A stretch of 64,000 nt of DNA, from NCBI GenBank assembly GCA_947258435.1, contig CAMYID010000011.1, positions 10,833 through 74,832 of the forward strand. The letters run 5' to 3'. The notes below the pieces were generated by a model, which saw only the letters and a program-made list of their open reading frames with translations, did no database searches and was not told where the DNA came from. Below, in pieces: positions 63,815-64,000 of this stretch; within the stretch, counting starts at the first letter, position 1; every line of letters starts with the position of its first letter. The position numbers were made by a program, and so were the translations under genes. Source of the DNA: an uncultured Alphaproteobacteria bacterium. Its GTDB lineage: Bacteria; Pseudomonadota; Alphaproteobacteria; UBA11222.

Positions 63815-64000
63815 GTGTCTTGTCTCTCCGGCGAAATATCGTCTGCTTCGGGCTCACCCTCACGCGCGCGCAGATAGATCGGGGCGAATGTGTCATGTTG
63901 CTGCATTTCCGCCTGGCCGCGGCGCACCATTTCCAGCGCCGCAACAAAGGTGCTGGCGACGGCGGACCGGACCGCATTGCCCTCTGTCTGCCCCGCAAGA
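63811..64000 (-). CDS. scpA: Segregation and condensation protein A, C-terminal end only (5' end off window)
   Basis: Reverse-frame translation ...AVRSAVASTFVAALEMVRRGQAEMQQHDTFAPIYLRAR... matches the ScpA C-terminus. Its stop overlaps the scpB ATG (ACATGAGT). Confidence 0.65.
   Translation of the reverse strand, partial: LAGQTEGNAVRSAVASTFVAALEMVRRGQAEMQQHDTFAPIYLRAREGEPEADDISPERQDT

Overview
This 64-kb window is high-GC (about 60-62%) and looks like alphaproteobacterial core chromosome, most likely from a sphingomonad or erythrobacter-type organism. Gene content and order support this: divK-pleD, mipZ, TPR protein-bamB-der, secDF-yajC, tatABC, surE-pcm-nlpD, scpAB, guaA, guaB, trmFO, dinB, rpmG and a tRNA-Gln(CUG). 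Genes are densely packed and mostly on the minus strand. There are no transposases, integrases, CRISPR arrays or recognisable defence genes.

The most accessory-looking part is a roughly 10.7-kb minus-strand cluster at 3528-14196. It encodes a three-subunit CoxMSL-type molybdenum hydroxylase (FAD, 2Fe-2S and Mo subunits, not a true CO dehydrogenase), a MoaD/ThiS-like small protein ending in Gly-Gly, a TetR regulator, a tandem pair of paralogous about 345-aa proteins whose family I cannot recognise, an SDR oxidoreductase and two luciferase-like flavin monooxygenases. A repeat-rich 537-bp control region (14155-14691) lies upstream of this cluster, between it and a divergently transcribed NUDIX hydrolase gene, and a two-domain carboxymuconolactone-decarboxylase-family gene converges on the far end. 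This is the best candidate for an uncharacterised catabolic system, probably for an N-heterocyclic or aromatic substrate; the substrate cannot be assigned from sequence alone.

Other notable items: the conserved but functionally enigmatic prkA-yeaH-spoVR stress module behind an unusually AT-rich 510-bp leader; two perfect palindromes in the divK upstream region; several short tandem 11-bp repeat arrays in intergenic regions; a Cys4 N-terminal extension on DNA polymerase IV; and a translationally coupled GDPD / FemAB-like GNAT / HIT operon.

All calls are from reading translated ORFs and motifs by eye. No database searches were run.
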